Source: Thecamonas trahens ATCC 50062
Taxonomy: Eukaryota > Protista > Apusomonadida
NCBI RefSeq assembly: GCF_000142905.1
Contig: NW_013657600.1
Coordinates: forward strand, 1-20,258
Length of the DNA: 20,258 nucleotides
Direction of reading: 5' to 3'
Shown here: positions 1-9,337 of the stretch, one piece after another
Numbering within the stretch: position 1 is the first letter of the stretch
Layout of the letters: each line of letters starts with the position of its first letter
Position numbers and translations under genes: made by a program
The notes under the pieces: model-generated
Databases searched by the model: none
Seen by the model: the letters and a program-made list of their open reading frames with translations, nothing else
What the model was told of the DNA's origin: nothing

Positions 1-8
1 ATCACCAC

Positions 9-300
9 TCATCATGTGGTCATCATCATCACCATCATCATGGTCATCACCATCATCATCGTGGTCATCATCATCACCATCATCATCGTGGTCATCATCA
101 TCACCATCATCATCGTGGTCATCATCATCACCATCATCATGGTCATCACCATCATCATCGTGGTCATCATCATCACCATCATCCCCATCATCACCATCAT
201 CATCGTGGTCATCATCATCACCATCATCATGGTCATCACCACCACACCCCCCATCGCCCTCCCCATCACCATCATCATCACCATCATCATCGTCACCAAC
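9..300. repeat. ATC/CAT-based composite tandem repeat (27-nt unit CATCATCATCGTGGTCATCATCATCAC plus shorter variants)
   Basis: Visible directly; produces the spurious poly-M/I/S ORFs on both strands. Ends at a pyrimidine-rich tract and CAG (320-322) just before the conserved GATase sequence, so it may be intronic. Confidence 0.9.
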
Positions 301-955
301 TCACCCCCCTCCTCCCATCCAGTGGTATGTGTACAACGTGACTCGCAACGAGTATCCGACATCGGACGAGCTCGCTGCCCTCGACGTCGTCTTTGTCTCA
401 GGCTCGCACCACTCAGCAACACAGACAGAGACTCCTTGGATCGCTGCTCTTCACTCGTTCCTTGCTCGCGGCTGGTCTGATCTCGATGTTGCACCGTGCA
501 AGCTCGTCGGCATCTGCTTTGGCCACCAGATCACCGCCGCTGCTCTCGGCGGAACCGCTGGCAAGAACCCGTCGGGCTCCATGCGGTTCGGCGTGGAGAC
601 GCTTGCCTGCGAGCCGGCGATGGCCGAGCTGGCTGACGCTGTCGGGTCTCCGCTTCCCATCGATGCCGGCCTCCGCATCCTGGTCACGCACGAGGACTGC
701 GTCACCGAGCTCCCACCGTCGGCTACCCTCCTTGCCTCATCCGACGGCGCCGCCGTCGAGGCCTTTGCCTGCCGTGACATCGTCATCGGCTTTCAGGGCC
801 ATCCTGAGTTTGCCAAAGACGTCGAGATGGCCGCCATCCGCGCCCGCGCTAGCCTCACTCCCGACGAGGCCGTCTTTGCCGACGCCTCGGCTTCCCTCGA
901 GCCGTCAAACAGTGAGCTCCGTGCCTTTATCCGCGCCTTTGCCGCTGCAGAGTAA
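14..955 (+). CDS. Class I glutamine amidotransferase-like protein (GAT1 / gamma-glutamyl peptidase-like); 5' structure uncertain, conserved part about 320-955
   Basis: Nucleophile elbow GICFGHQ (Cys codon 515-517), VFVSGS oxyanion strand, THED, FQGHPEF (His-x-Glu 800-808). The N-terminal ~100 aa is repeat-derived; the true first exon may lie upstream of the window. Confidence 0.88.
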   Translation: MWSSSSPSSWSSPSSSWSSSSPSSSWSSSSPSSSWSSSSPSSWSSPSSSWSSSSPSSPSSPSSSWSSSSPSSWSSPPHPPSPSPSPSSSPSSSSPTHPPPPIQWYVYNVTRNEYPTSDELAALDVVFVSGSHHSATQTETPWIAALHSFLARGWSDLDVAPCKLVGICFGHQITAAALGGTAGKNPSGSMRFGVETLACEPAMAELADAVGSPLPIDAGLRILVTHEDCVTELPPSATLLASSDGAAVEAFACRDIVIGFQGHPEFAKDVEMAAIRARASLTPDEAVFADASASLEPSNSELRAFIRAFAAAE

Positions 956-1018
956 AAACACGCCAACACGCGCATGAAGACCATCAGGGTGACGGCGCCG
1001 GCGACGATGGCGCCGACG

Positions 1019-4000
1019 TCAGGGCTGCCGACGCCCGCAGCGCCAGCGCGCATCCCAGATGTCGCTGAGGAGGTGCTCAGGCACACGCTCGTCCGACACG
1101 TTGCTCTCTGACACGCTCACGGCCTCGGCGACCACCCCCAGCGCCATGGCTCGCAGCGAGCGCACGCCCGACTTCCGCGCCGCAGCCACAGAGAGCAGCC
1201 CGCGGACCATACCGGCCGCCGGCGTCTCGCGCATCACCGCAAGCACCTGCTCCCGCATGCCTAGCAGATGCCCGCCGGGAGACGTCGCAAACGGCGCCGT
1301 CACATCGTCGGCAAGCTCGCAAAGCAGCCGCACCAGGCCGTCGGCATCGGGCGAGACTTCGTCAAGCCCGTGGAAGAACGAGTCCAGGTCGCCCATCTGG
1401 AGGCAGGCCATGTCGTCGTCATCACCAAGATCATCATCGTCGTCGACATCATCGTCGTCGTCGTCGTTGTCGTCATCAGCATCATCATCACCATCGCCAT
1501 CGCCGTCACCGTCACCGTCGCCATCACCCTCAACATCGCCGTCAAACTCGCTCGACGGGAGCGGCGAGGTATTGATGACACCCACCAGAGGCCGTGACGT
1601 CAGGAGGTGACCGAGCACGTCCGGCGGCCCGCTAAAGGCGACACCAGCCACCACCACATCGGCCAGCATCATTGCCACTTCAGTCGAGGTGCTCCCGGAG
1701 ATTCCGGCAGCAAGCACCGTGTTGGCGAGGGCGACAACGGCCGGCGGTCCGTCGTCCGGCACGGGCACAGCGCCAATGACCACCGCCACAAAGCTGCACA
1801 GCGCTGGCAGCCATTGTGGGATCTCGGACTCGAGCGCATCAGCCGAGGCGACAAGGGTCGGAGCGAGCGCCAGAGCGGCAGCCCGCGCCAGGTCTGGCTC
1901 CGGCACCGGGCGCAGACAGCGGAGGGTGTTGGCGATGAGGATGTGGAGCGAGAGGGTGAGCGCAATGGGCGAAACGATCGGATGGTGGGTGAGGAGGACA
2001 TCGGCGACAGGTGCCGTGGTAGCCGGCGAGAGCGCCACAAACGACGGCAGAACGTCCCAGAGCTCGTCAACCATGTCATTGCCCTGCGCCGTGCTCACTA
2101 GCAGGTCGATCATCTCCGGCTGGACCTCGCCGGCGAGGTAGGCCGAGGCGGCGACGATGCGGAGGACAACGTTGGTAAACTCAACACGGTCGGCGAGGTG
2201 GAGAATGCGGGCGACGGCGGCACTAACCCCATTCGCATGCTGCGAGTACATCATGCCGGCGGTGAGGACATCAGCGATCATGGAGAGCACGTCCTGCAGA
2301 TCAAAAATGAGCGAGTCGGCAGTGACATCTGCAAGGAGCGTGTCCGGCGCCAGCTCGGGTGTCTTTGAGACAACAACGTCGACCAGCCGTGAGATGACCA
2401 GAGTTAGTGAGTGCGAAAGCAGCGCTGGGAGCGAGGTGAGGAGGATCGGGAGCGCGAGGACAACGTCGGTGAGAGGGGCAGCCTCGACTACGTCGAGCAT
2501 GACCACCAGCAGCGACTCGAGCTCGGACGGCGGCAGGGCGCGCCAGTGGGCAAGCACATCCTCGTTCTGCACAAAGTGCGCGAGCGCAATGGTGCCCCAC
2601 GCCCGTGTAAACTCGGGGCGATCGGCCGAGGCCATGGCGAGCGCAGCATCAAAGGCAGCAAGGGGCGAGTCGGTGATCATGGCAGCGCCGGCGCGGGCAA
2701 CCTCGACCGATGCAGCCAGCACGCCGCAGAGCTCCGGCAAGGCCTCCAGCGCCGCTAGGGCCTCGGCAAGGGCGCCGTGGACAAAGTCGCGCAGCTCTGG
2801 CGTGGCGTCGGCCGGGAAGCCCGCAAGTCGGGTGCAGGGGCGGAGCTCAAAGAGGACGACCGCCAAAGCCGAGGCAATCGGAGTTGTGGCCGGGCCAGCA
2901 GCGTGCGGCGTCCCGGTCACTTGCGGCACCAGCGCCTTCAGGTTGACGGAGAGGCAGTCGATAAAGGCGGCAATGTTGCCGCGGGTCGGCTCGCGCGGGA
3001 TCATGTACTGCACAAGGAGCATGTACGGCGACCAAGCGTAAAGTGAAGCAAGCTCGCCATGGAGGCAGGCCCGCGGCGAGGTGTCGGCCGTGGAGCAGAG
3101 CGAGAGCGAGAGCGAGGCCGCTGCTGGCGCCAGCTGGAAAAGTGCGTCGCGGTGCGGCTTGAGCGGCGCCCGCAAATCAGGCGAGATGTGCCACGCCGTG
3201 CCAAACAGCTCAGCGGCGGCGTGGGCAACCGGCAGCGGAAGCGTGCCGTCAAACTCGATAAGAAGCGCCTCGGCGAGCGGGCCGAGGATGCCAGGAACCA
3301 TGTTGGTCACAATCGACGAGAGAGCCCGCAGCGCCATCAGCGGCGCGTACACGGCAGGCGGATGGCTCGAGTGCATCCGCGGGTCGTAGCTCCCAAACGG
3401 CACCGCTGCTGCCGCAGCAGACAGTGCATGCAGCGACTTGGACACGATGCCGACCAGCATCGCCCCAGGAGGAACCTCAACGTATGGCCGAGCCGACCGC
3501 GGTGCGTAACGCGACCGGCACCGCTCCGCCATGGCCAGCAGGTAGCAGACAGCATCTTCTGGGTCGTCCGGCACGCTCGTCGCCTCGAGGAGATCGTCCG
3601 GAGGTGAGCCAAGGAGCGTCAGCTGGAGTCGAGCGAGCGGCGTGTCAGTGTCCGGCATAATTGGTGTCTTGTCCTCGTCGTCGTCGATCTGGGTCGTACC
3701 TCCTGTAACGGCGGCTTCGGCCGCAGCAGCCGTGGCGTCGTCTTCGGCGACAACACCCGTGGCGTCGTCTTCGGCCGCAGCAGCCGTGGCGTCGTCTTCG
3801 GCCGCAGCAGCCGTGGCGTCGTCTTCGGCCGCAGCAGCCGTGGCGTCGTCTTCGGCCGCAGCAGCCGTGGCGTCGTCTTCGGCCGCAGCAGCCGTGGCGT
3901 CGTCTTCGGCGACAACACCCATGGCGTCGTCTCCATCTTCCGCCCCATCATCGTCATCGCCTTCCGTCCCATCATCGTCGTCGCCTTGATCATCAGCAGC

Positions 4001-4303
4001 AGCGGCAACGAGATGAAGAGGACGATGGCAGACGATCTGATGCGCGTCCGGCAGCGGAAGACGGAGAGCGATGGCCTTGAGCAGCGATGCGTATCTGAGG
4101 TAATCATCTGCCGGAGTGATGAGTGGCGAGGAAGGAAGACCTTGCGGTGGCGGAGCAGCGAGGATGGCAGCCGTGAGAGCGCCGGCGACTGCCGTATCTA
4201 TCTCGGGCTCGTCTGGGGAGGGGTTCCGAAGGCGACCAAGGACCTGTGCCAGAACTGCATTAGTCTCTCCATCCCAAGGAATCGACAGCACAGGGTGAGA
4301 CAT
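1019..4303 (-). CDS. Large (1094 aa) Leu/Ala-rich alpha-helical solenoid (HEAT/ARM-like) protein with two acidic loops; possibly a divergent importin-beta family member
   Basis: Uninterrupted 3.3 kb ORF with GC3-rich codons, amphipathic helix pattern throughout, and a long D/G acidic loop near the C-terminus. The family call is inference only. Confidence 0.8.
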   Translation of the reverse strand: MSHPVLSIPWDGETNAVLAQVLGRLRNPSPDEPEIDTAVAGALTAAILAAPPPQGLPSSPLITPADDYLRYASLLKAIALRLPLPDAHQIVCHRPLHLVAAAADDQGDDDDGTEGDDDDGAEDGDDAMGVVAEDDATAAAAEDDATAAAAEDDATAAAAEDDATAAAAEDDATAAAAEDDATGVVAEDDATAAAAEAAVTGGTTQIDDDEDKTPIMPDTDTPLARLQLTLLGSPPDDLLEATSVPDDPEDAVCYLLAMAERCRSRYAPRSARPYVEVPPGAMLVGIVSKSLHALSAAAAAVPFGSYDPRMHSSHPPAVYAPLMALRALSSIVTNMVPGILGPLAEALLIEFDGTLPLPVAHAAAELFGTAWHISPDLRAPLKPHRDALFQLAPAAASLSLSLCSTADTSPRACLHGELASLYAWSPYMLLVQYMIPREPTRGNIAAFIDCLSVNLKALVPQVTGTPHAAGPATTPIASALAVVLFELRPCTRLAGFPADATPELRDFVHGALAEALAALEALPELCGVLAASVEVARAGAAMITDSPLAAFDAALAMASADRPEFTRAWGTIALAHFVQNEDVLAHWRALPPSELESLLVVMLDVVEAAPLTDVVLALPILLTSLPALLSHSLTLVISRLVDVVVSKTPELAPDTLLADVTADSLIFDLQDVLSMIADVLTAGMMYSQHANGVSAAVARILHLADRVEFTNVVLRIVAASAYLAGEVQPEMIDLLVSTAQGNDMVDELWDVLPSFVALSPATTAPVADVLLTHHPIVSPIALTLSLHILIANTLRCLRPVPEPDLARAAALALAPTLVASADALESEIPQWLPALCSFVAVVIGAVPVPDDGPPAVVALANTVLAAGISGSTSTEVAMMLADVVVAGVAFSGPPDVLGHLLTSRPLVGVINTSPLPSSEFDGDVEGDGDGDGDGDGDGDDDADDDNDDDDDDVDDDDDLGDDDDMACLQMGDLDSFFHGLDEVSPDADGLVRLLCELADDVTAPFATSPGGHLLGMREQVLAVMRETPAAGMVRGLLSVAAARKSGVRSLRAMALGVVAEAVSVSESNVSDERVPEHLLSDIWDARWRCGRRQP
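3716..3931 (-). repeat. Coding 27-bp minisatellite encoding (AAAA/GVVA)EDDAT, 7 full units plus partial flanks
   Basis: Unit GCCGTGGCGTCGTCTTCGGCCGCAGCA repeated on the + strand; two GVVA variant units. Confidence 0.95.
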
Positions 4304-4444
4304 AGTCTGTCACAGACCGAGCAAGGTGATGCCTTGGCCAAGGTGTGCCAGAGGGAGGGTGGGTGGGTGGGTGGGAGGGAGGGGGGGGTCCACCAGCTGC
4401 CTCGGTGGATGGAGTCGGGTGATGGCACTCTGATCACGATCATG

Positions 4445-4498
<54 letters not shown>
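4445..4498. repeat. (ATC)18 microsatellite
   Basis: Perfect trinucleotide run in the divergent intergenic region between the solenoid gene and the permease. Confidence 0.97.
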
Positions 4499-5106
4499 GT
4501 GCAGACATGCCCAGGGACATCTGTTTGGGCAGAGTGCTATGTCTGGCATATGGAAAGTGCTGGTGCTGTGGTTGAGGGGATGGAGGGGGTGGTGGTGGTG
4601 ATGGAAGCGGTGATGGAAAGGGGAGGAGGGGTGGTTCGATGGGGATCGATGGATGTGGGGGGATTTGGGGCAGGAACTGCCTCCATCACCATGATCTACC
4701 TTTGCAGGACGTCATTTCTGTTTGGAACCGGTATGTGTATGTTGTTCGCTATGCTCGGTGCATAGATAGGCTTTCTGTAGATGGAGTTATACCAAGATCA
4801 AGGCACAGCAAACGTGAAGAGAAAGAGCTGCCACAATCTGGTGCCAAATCACATCCGATCACTGATCAAAAAGATTTTGACATCTGTCTCACAGCTTACT
4901 TCCTTCGCACACTGCTCGCATGCTCACATCACACCAAATCATCTTGCTTCTCCCTCCATGCATTGTACCATATTCCGAACCACTTGCGATCACCGCGGAG
5001 TTACTGCGCGACGAGATACAGCAGTCGATCTCTCCGCCGCTCTCAAGCACGCGACGAAGGATTCGGGCAGAGTGAGGCCGGCAGACCTCACTCACAGCAG
5101 AGGCAG

Positions 5107-6372
5107 ATGTGGACGCCCGAGAGCCATGAAGCCGCGCTTCTTGTGGCTATGGGTGCGCTCATTGCATGGGGCTCGTGGAGCAATACGGTCAAGCTGGCGC
5201 AGGTGTCCTGGACACGGTTCTATCCGGCGTATGTCGTCGGTGCCGTCCTCGCTGCCGTCGTCCTCGGCGCCACTCTGGGCGGACCCATTGGCGGCGGGTC
5301 GATGAGCCCATCATCCACCAACACCACCACGGCGGCAACAACGACCTCGCCATCACCAGGGACGGGTGCCGGAGCCTCTATACCATCCAACTTGTCCCAG
5401 CGTCTGTTGATGTTGTCATCGCTGTCATCGTCATCGTCGTCATCGTCATCATCATCGCTGCTGTCAACCGATGATGGTAGCGGTGGCAGTGCGAGTGGCG
5501 GGCCATCGACATGGCACTCGCTGGGGAATGCGGGTGGAAAGCAGGTAGCGATGGCGTTGGGCGCGGGCGTGGTGTTCAATGTGGCGAACATGTTGCTGAC
5601 GTGGGCGATCACTGTGTGTGGCATGGCGACAGCCTTTCCGCTCGGCATCGGAACGGCGCTTGTGGTGGGGACGAGCTTCAACTACAGCCTCGAGCCAAAG
5701 GGCAAGCCCGGGATGATCGCTGGCGGATGTGGCCTCGCGCTGGCTGCAGTCGCTGCCATGGGCGTTGCCCATGGACTGCACCAACGGATCCGCGGCGGCT
5801 CCGATGAGCGCCATACCGATGACGAGGCCGGCCGCCCGTTGCTCGTCAACGGGCGGGGGGCGGGTTCGCCGCCGCGGCAAACAGAGATGGGTCTCGGAAG
5901 ACAGGTTGCACTCTGCGTAGCCGCCGGCGTCCTCATGGGGCTCTGGTCCCCGCTTTCTGTAGCGTCGATGTCCGGCGCACATGGCCTGACCACGTACGGA
6001 ACGATGGTGCTGTATGTGATGGGCATGGCGGGCTCGTCGCTGGTGTTGGTCCCTATCTGTGTCCGACTTGTTGGCAGCAACAGTGACGGCGGCAACGATG
6101 AGGCCGAGGCGAGCGCGTGGCGAGTCCACGCATGGGGCATGCTGGGTGGCATGGTGTGGTGCTGCGGAACGTGGGCCTCGCTGGTCTCGGGCAAGAAGCT
6201 CGGGTACGGGACGGCGTACGCGATCGGCCAGTGCGCGCCTCTTGCGGCAGCAACGTGGGGCATTGCGGCGTGGCACGAGTTTGATGGTGCGGGGCGAGCA
6301 ACGGTTGGTGCGCTGGCCATGGTCTACCTCCTCTATGGCGGCGCCATCGCGGTCCTGGCGCTAGCGTCGTAG
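5107..6372 (+). CDS. Ureide permease-like transporter (DMT superfamily, about 10 TM, 421 aa)
   Basis: Motifs AWGSWSNTVKL, GVVFNVANMLLTWAITVCGMATAFPLGIGTALVVGTSFNY, AYAIGQCAPLAAATWGIAAWHEF; two 5-TM halves; Ser/Thr low-complexity insertion after TM2. ATG 5107 chosen because the upstream part of the long ORF does not look coding. Confidence 0.85.
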   Translation: MWTPESHEAALLVAMGALIAWGSWSNTVKLAQVSWTRFYPAYVVGAVLAAVVLGATLGGPIGGGSMSPSSTNTTTAATTTSPSPGTGAGASIPSNLSQRLLMLSSLSSSSSSSSSSSLLSTDDGSGGSASGGPSTWHSLGNAGGKQVAMALGAGVVFNVANMLLTWAITVCGMATAFPLGIGTALVVGTSFNYSLEPKGKPGMIAGGCGLALAAVAAMGVAHGLHQRIRGGSDERHTDDEAGRPLLVNGRGAGSPPRQTEMGLGRQVALCVAAGVLMGLWSPLSVASMSGAHGLTTYGTMVLYVMGMAGSSLVLVPICVRLVGSNSDGGNDEAEASAWRVHAWGMLGGMVWCCGTWASLVSGKKLGYGTAYAIGQCAPLAAATWGIAAWHEFDGAGRATVGALAMVYLLYGGAIAVLALAS

Positions 6373-6377
6373 CGGGT

Positions 6378-7289
6378 TCAAGTGAGGACGACGTCGTGGA
6401 GGTAGGCCTCGAAGATGGCGGCGTCGGCGTCGACCACGTCCTGCAGCGAGTAGCCATCGCGGTGGTTAGCAGCGATTGGTGGCGGCAGGGCTGACGGCAG
6501 ACTGTCTCGTTGCGGAAGCGCTGCGAGCGCTGCGATGGCCAGCGGGTTCAAGACCTGGGCGGCGGCGGCGGCAACATCGGCAGAATCGGCCGCAGGAGGC
6601 AAGCCCGCGGTGGCCATGGCGGTCACGCCCACCAGCGCAGCATCCAGGTCAGCCGCGGACGGCTGAGCGTTGGTGACGGTATCCGGCAAGATTCTCTCGG
6701 GGAGAGCGAGGTCTGGTAGGATGCGGTCGAGTAGGAGGACGGCAAGCGAGTCCAGCAGCGTTCTCGCTACGTCCTTGGGCGCATCCAGAACAAACAGTCT
6801 CAGAGCGATGCCATGGTCACCAACTAGATCCAGAGCCGGAGTGTCGTCTGCTCCGGCGGCGGCGGCGGGCGGAAGAAGAGCTGAGACGCTTGCCGGGACG
6901 AGGACGAACCAGGCGCCATCGAGCCGGATCCATAGCCTGCCAGCCGCCTCGACGGCCTCGATCTCTGCCACCATGGGATCGGCAGAGAGCGGACCGAGGG
7001 CGAGGTAGGACAAGGTCATGTCGTTGTGAGGAGCAGGCGATGTTGGTAAATGTGTGGTGAAATTGTTTGTACGACCGCCGGCAGCAGCGCCGGGCCTGGC
7101 CTCTGTCGCGCCCGCTGACGACGACGACGACGACACGGTCGACACCACGCTCGTAGCAGGCGCGGATGATGGCGAGCGGGAGGAGTGGTACACGCATGCA
7201 GAGCCCCTGAAGACAGTATCGTGGGGATTGGAGGGCGGAGAGGTCGGGTGGAGCAGTGGGAGGGTGCTGAAGAACAGCTGGCGGTCCAT
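6378..7289 (-). CDS. Hypothetical protein (303 aa; alternative start at ATG 7019 gives 213 aa)
   Basis: Open frame with host-like codon usage and globular-looking segments (GRLWIRLDGAWFVLVP, IALRLFVLD, YSLQDVVDADAAIFEAYL); no family recognised. Confidence 0.7.
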   Translation of the reverse strand: MDRQLFFSTLPLLHPTSPPSNPHDTVFRGSACVYHSSRSPSSAPATSVVSTVSSSSSSAGATEARPGAAAGGRTNNFTTHLPTSPAPHNDMTLSYLALGPLSADPMVAEIEAVEAAGRLWIRLDGAWFVLVPASVSALLPPAAAAGADDTPALDLVGDHGIALRLFVLDAPKDVARTLLDSLAVLLLDRILPDLALPERILPDTVTNAQPSAADLDAALVGVTAMATAGLPPAADSADVAAAAAQVLNPLAIAALAALPQRDSLPSALPPPIAANHRDGYSLQDVVDADAAIFEAYLHDVVLT

Positions 7290-7439
7290 GCCGGTGGGAG
7301 GGGGGATGAGCTGGGAGAGAGGTGGGGCTGCAGGGACAGGAGGGGGGGGGGTGACGGAGAAGGAGGTTTGAGGACTCGATCAGGCCATCATGGCATGGAT
7401 GGGTGGTGGATGGGGGGCGATCATGGTCGTCAATGCATC

Positions 7440-7667
7440 CAGGGGCTATCGGTGGAGTCAGGGGCTATCGGTGGAGTCAGGGGCTATCGGTGGGGTCAGG
7501 GGCTATCGGTGGAGTCAGGGGCTATCGGTGGAGTCAGGGGCTATCGGTGGGGTCAGGGGCTATCGGTGGGGTCAGGGGCTATCGGTGGGGTCAGGGGCTA
7601 TCGGTGGAGTCAGGGGCTATCGGTGGGGTCAGGGGCTATCGGTGGGGTCAGGGGCTATCGGTGCGGT
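7440..7667. repeat. G-rich 19-bp minisatellite, 12 copies of CAGGGGCTATCGGTGG(A/G)GT
   Basis: Head-to-tail with no spacers; variant order A,A,G,A,A,G,G,G,A,G,G and a final GCGGT variant. Confidence 0.97.
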
Positions 7668-7845
7668 CATGTGCATCAGAGGAAGCATCCAAAGATGGGC
7701 GTGAGTGCAGGTGGCAGACAAAGGCGGAAGCGGTATTTGTGGCCGTGATCGAGGCGGTCCCCGTCGCGGTCTCCGTCGTCGGCTCAACGGACCGGGCCCA
7801 CCTCACTCCAGTCGGACAGGCAGAGGCAGTGGCCGGCGAGTGGCA

Positions 7846-8205
7846 ATGGAGGCTGTTGTGGGGCAAGAGAATGGAATGGTCGATGATGTGGTGGTGGTAG
7901 GACCGTACCTGCGGAGGCGTATGGCTCGTGATAGCAGTGGCCGTCGCCATGCCCTGGCCACTCTGCCGCGAGCGGTTCGCCGGGCCGCCGTCGCATGGTC
8001 ACCACCGGACGGCTTTGCTCTCCGGAGGATCTATGGCTCGCAGGAGATGAAGAAGGCCCGAAAGAGGGTCGAGTGGGCTACAGAGCTGGTCGACTCGGCT
8101 GTCTCGGCTTCTCCGGCTTCTCGCACTTCTATCGCTCGGCGGAAGTCAGGGACCGAGGCCATGCGAGCCAGCGGGCCGCCGCTATCCGTCCGCGATCTGT
8201 CGTAG
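7846..8205 (+). CDS. Possible small hypothetical protein (119 aa) with RVxW PP1-docking-like motif
   Basis: ATG 7846 to TAG 8205; contains KKARKRVEWATELVD. Competes with antisense frames and intron-like signals, so it is uncertain. Confidence 0.35.
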   Translation: MEAVVGQENGMVDDVVVVGPYLRRRMARDSSGRRHALATLPRAVRRAAVAWSPPDGFALRRIYGSQEMKKARKRVEWATELVDSAVSASPASRTSIARRKSGTEAMRASGPPLSVRDLS

Positions 8206-8519
8206 GCCCACAAGAGTGCATCGCGTGGAGGTAGTGCAGTCGTGTGTCTGGCTATTGGGTGCACAAGTCTTGGCGAGGATGTAGAGACAAGTGGCCGTGA
8301 CAGCGATCTGCCTGAGCGATGAGAAGGGGACCGAGGAGCAAGCTGTTGTCGTTGGGTTTGGGCTCGGAAGCGATGTTGCGGCCATACCTGGAGGTGCTGC
8401 GGTGGCCGAGGTACAAGAGACTTTTACGATGAGAGAACGTGAGTCTAGGATGTCTGTCTGGATCATCAGGGTCGTGGTCGCCAGGCGGTGGTCGCCGTGC
8501 TAGCCATCAAGCGAGACGA

Positions 8520-8975
8520 TCACATGGCAGAGATGGGCGAGGGAGCGACAACAGCATCCATGCGGGCCTCGATGTCATGCTTGCGTTGCTCGATGCGAGC
8601 TCTGAGCGCAGCGGCGCGAGCAGCAAAGTCATCATCGACCTCTGCTGGGCGGGGAAGCGGGAGCTCGCCTTCGGCGTCAAGGCCCTGAGCTGCGAGAGCG
8701 GTAGCAGCGACAGCATCGATGCCGTTTGTTTCTGCCCATCGGAAGAGATGGTGGCGATCAGCAGTTGCCCGCTCTGCAGAAGCATCAGCATGCGAAGCTC
8801 GAGCTGTAGCAGCAGCAGCCTGAGCCACCAGCGCAGCCTGCCGGCTCTTGAGCTCGGCGTTCTCCTTGCGCAGCAGAGCCTCCGACTTGCGGACGGCTGA
8901 AAACGGCCGCTTGTCAACAGGACGAGTCTCACGAGGGCGAGTTTTGTGCGGGTGAGTCGGGCGGCGGGTAGACAT
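8520..8975 (-). CDS. Hypothetical coiled-coil protein (151 aa, may be spliced further 3')
   Basis: ATG at 8975; heptad-like segments LRKENAELKSRQAALVAQ and AAALRARIEQRKHDIEARMD; host-like codon usage. Confidence 0.6.
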   Translation of the reverse strand: MSTRRPTHPHKTRPRETRPVDKRPFSAVRKSEALLRKENAELKSRQAALVAQAAAATARASHADASAERATADRHHLFRWAETNGIDAVAATALAAQGLDAEGELPLPRPAEVDDDFAARAAALRARIEQRKHDIEARMDAVVAPSPISAM

Positions 8976-9232
8976 GGTTGAGGTCAGAGTCATGTGTGGT
9001 CGTTATCGCCTCTGTCGACTTGGTGCAGGAGCAAGCGTCCGAGCCCTTGGCCATCGCCTCGTCGCTCGGTTCGGCGCGACAAAAGCCATTCAAAATTTTG
9101 ACAGACAGACAGAGGTGGCCCAAAGGGGATGATGGGCAGGGCGGGGGGGGGGGGGGGGGGGGGTTGGTTGGGTTTTGAGGGATGGGAAGTGGGGGGGGGG
9201 ATGGGGATAGTCATAGACTACGTTAACTATAA

Positions 9233-9337
9233 NNNNNNNNNNNNNNNNNNNNNNNNNNNNNNNNNNNNNNNNNNNNNNNNNNNNNNNNNNNNNNNNNNNN
9301 NNNNNNNNNNNNNNNNNNNNNNNNNNNNNNNNNNNNN
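9233..9337. other. Assembly gap (105 N) flanked by a duplicated 47-48 bp G-rich sequence
   Basis: 9170-9217 and 9338-9384 are nearly identical. Confidence 0.97.

Noticed and set aside
12-494. Poly-Met and poly-Ile ORFs (also 4198-4497 and 3986-4765)
   Set aside because: Alternative-frame translations of ATC/CAT repeats.
1059-3989. Many long + strand ORFs opposite the 1094-aa gene (likewise opposite XPC, HYLS1 and the vWA gene)
   Set aside because: Antisense shadow ORFs expected from high-GC3 coding sequence; no motifs.
4639-5106. 156-aa N-terminal extension of the permease ORF
   Set aside because: Lower GC, promoter-like composition and no family similarity; homology starts after ATG 5107.
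7440-7667. CRISPR-like array
   Set aside because: Units are contiguous with no unique spacers, there are no cas genes, and the context is eukaryotic; it is a minisatellite.
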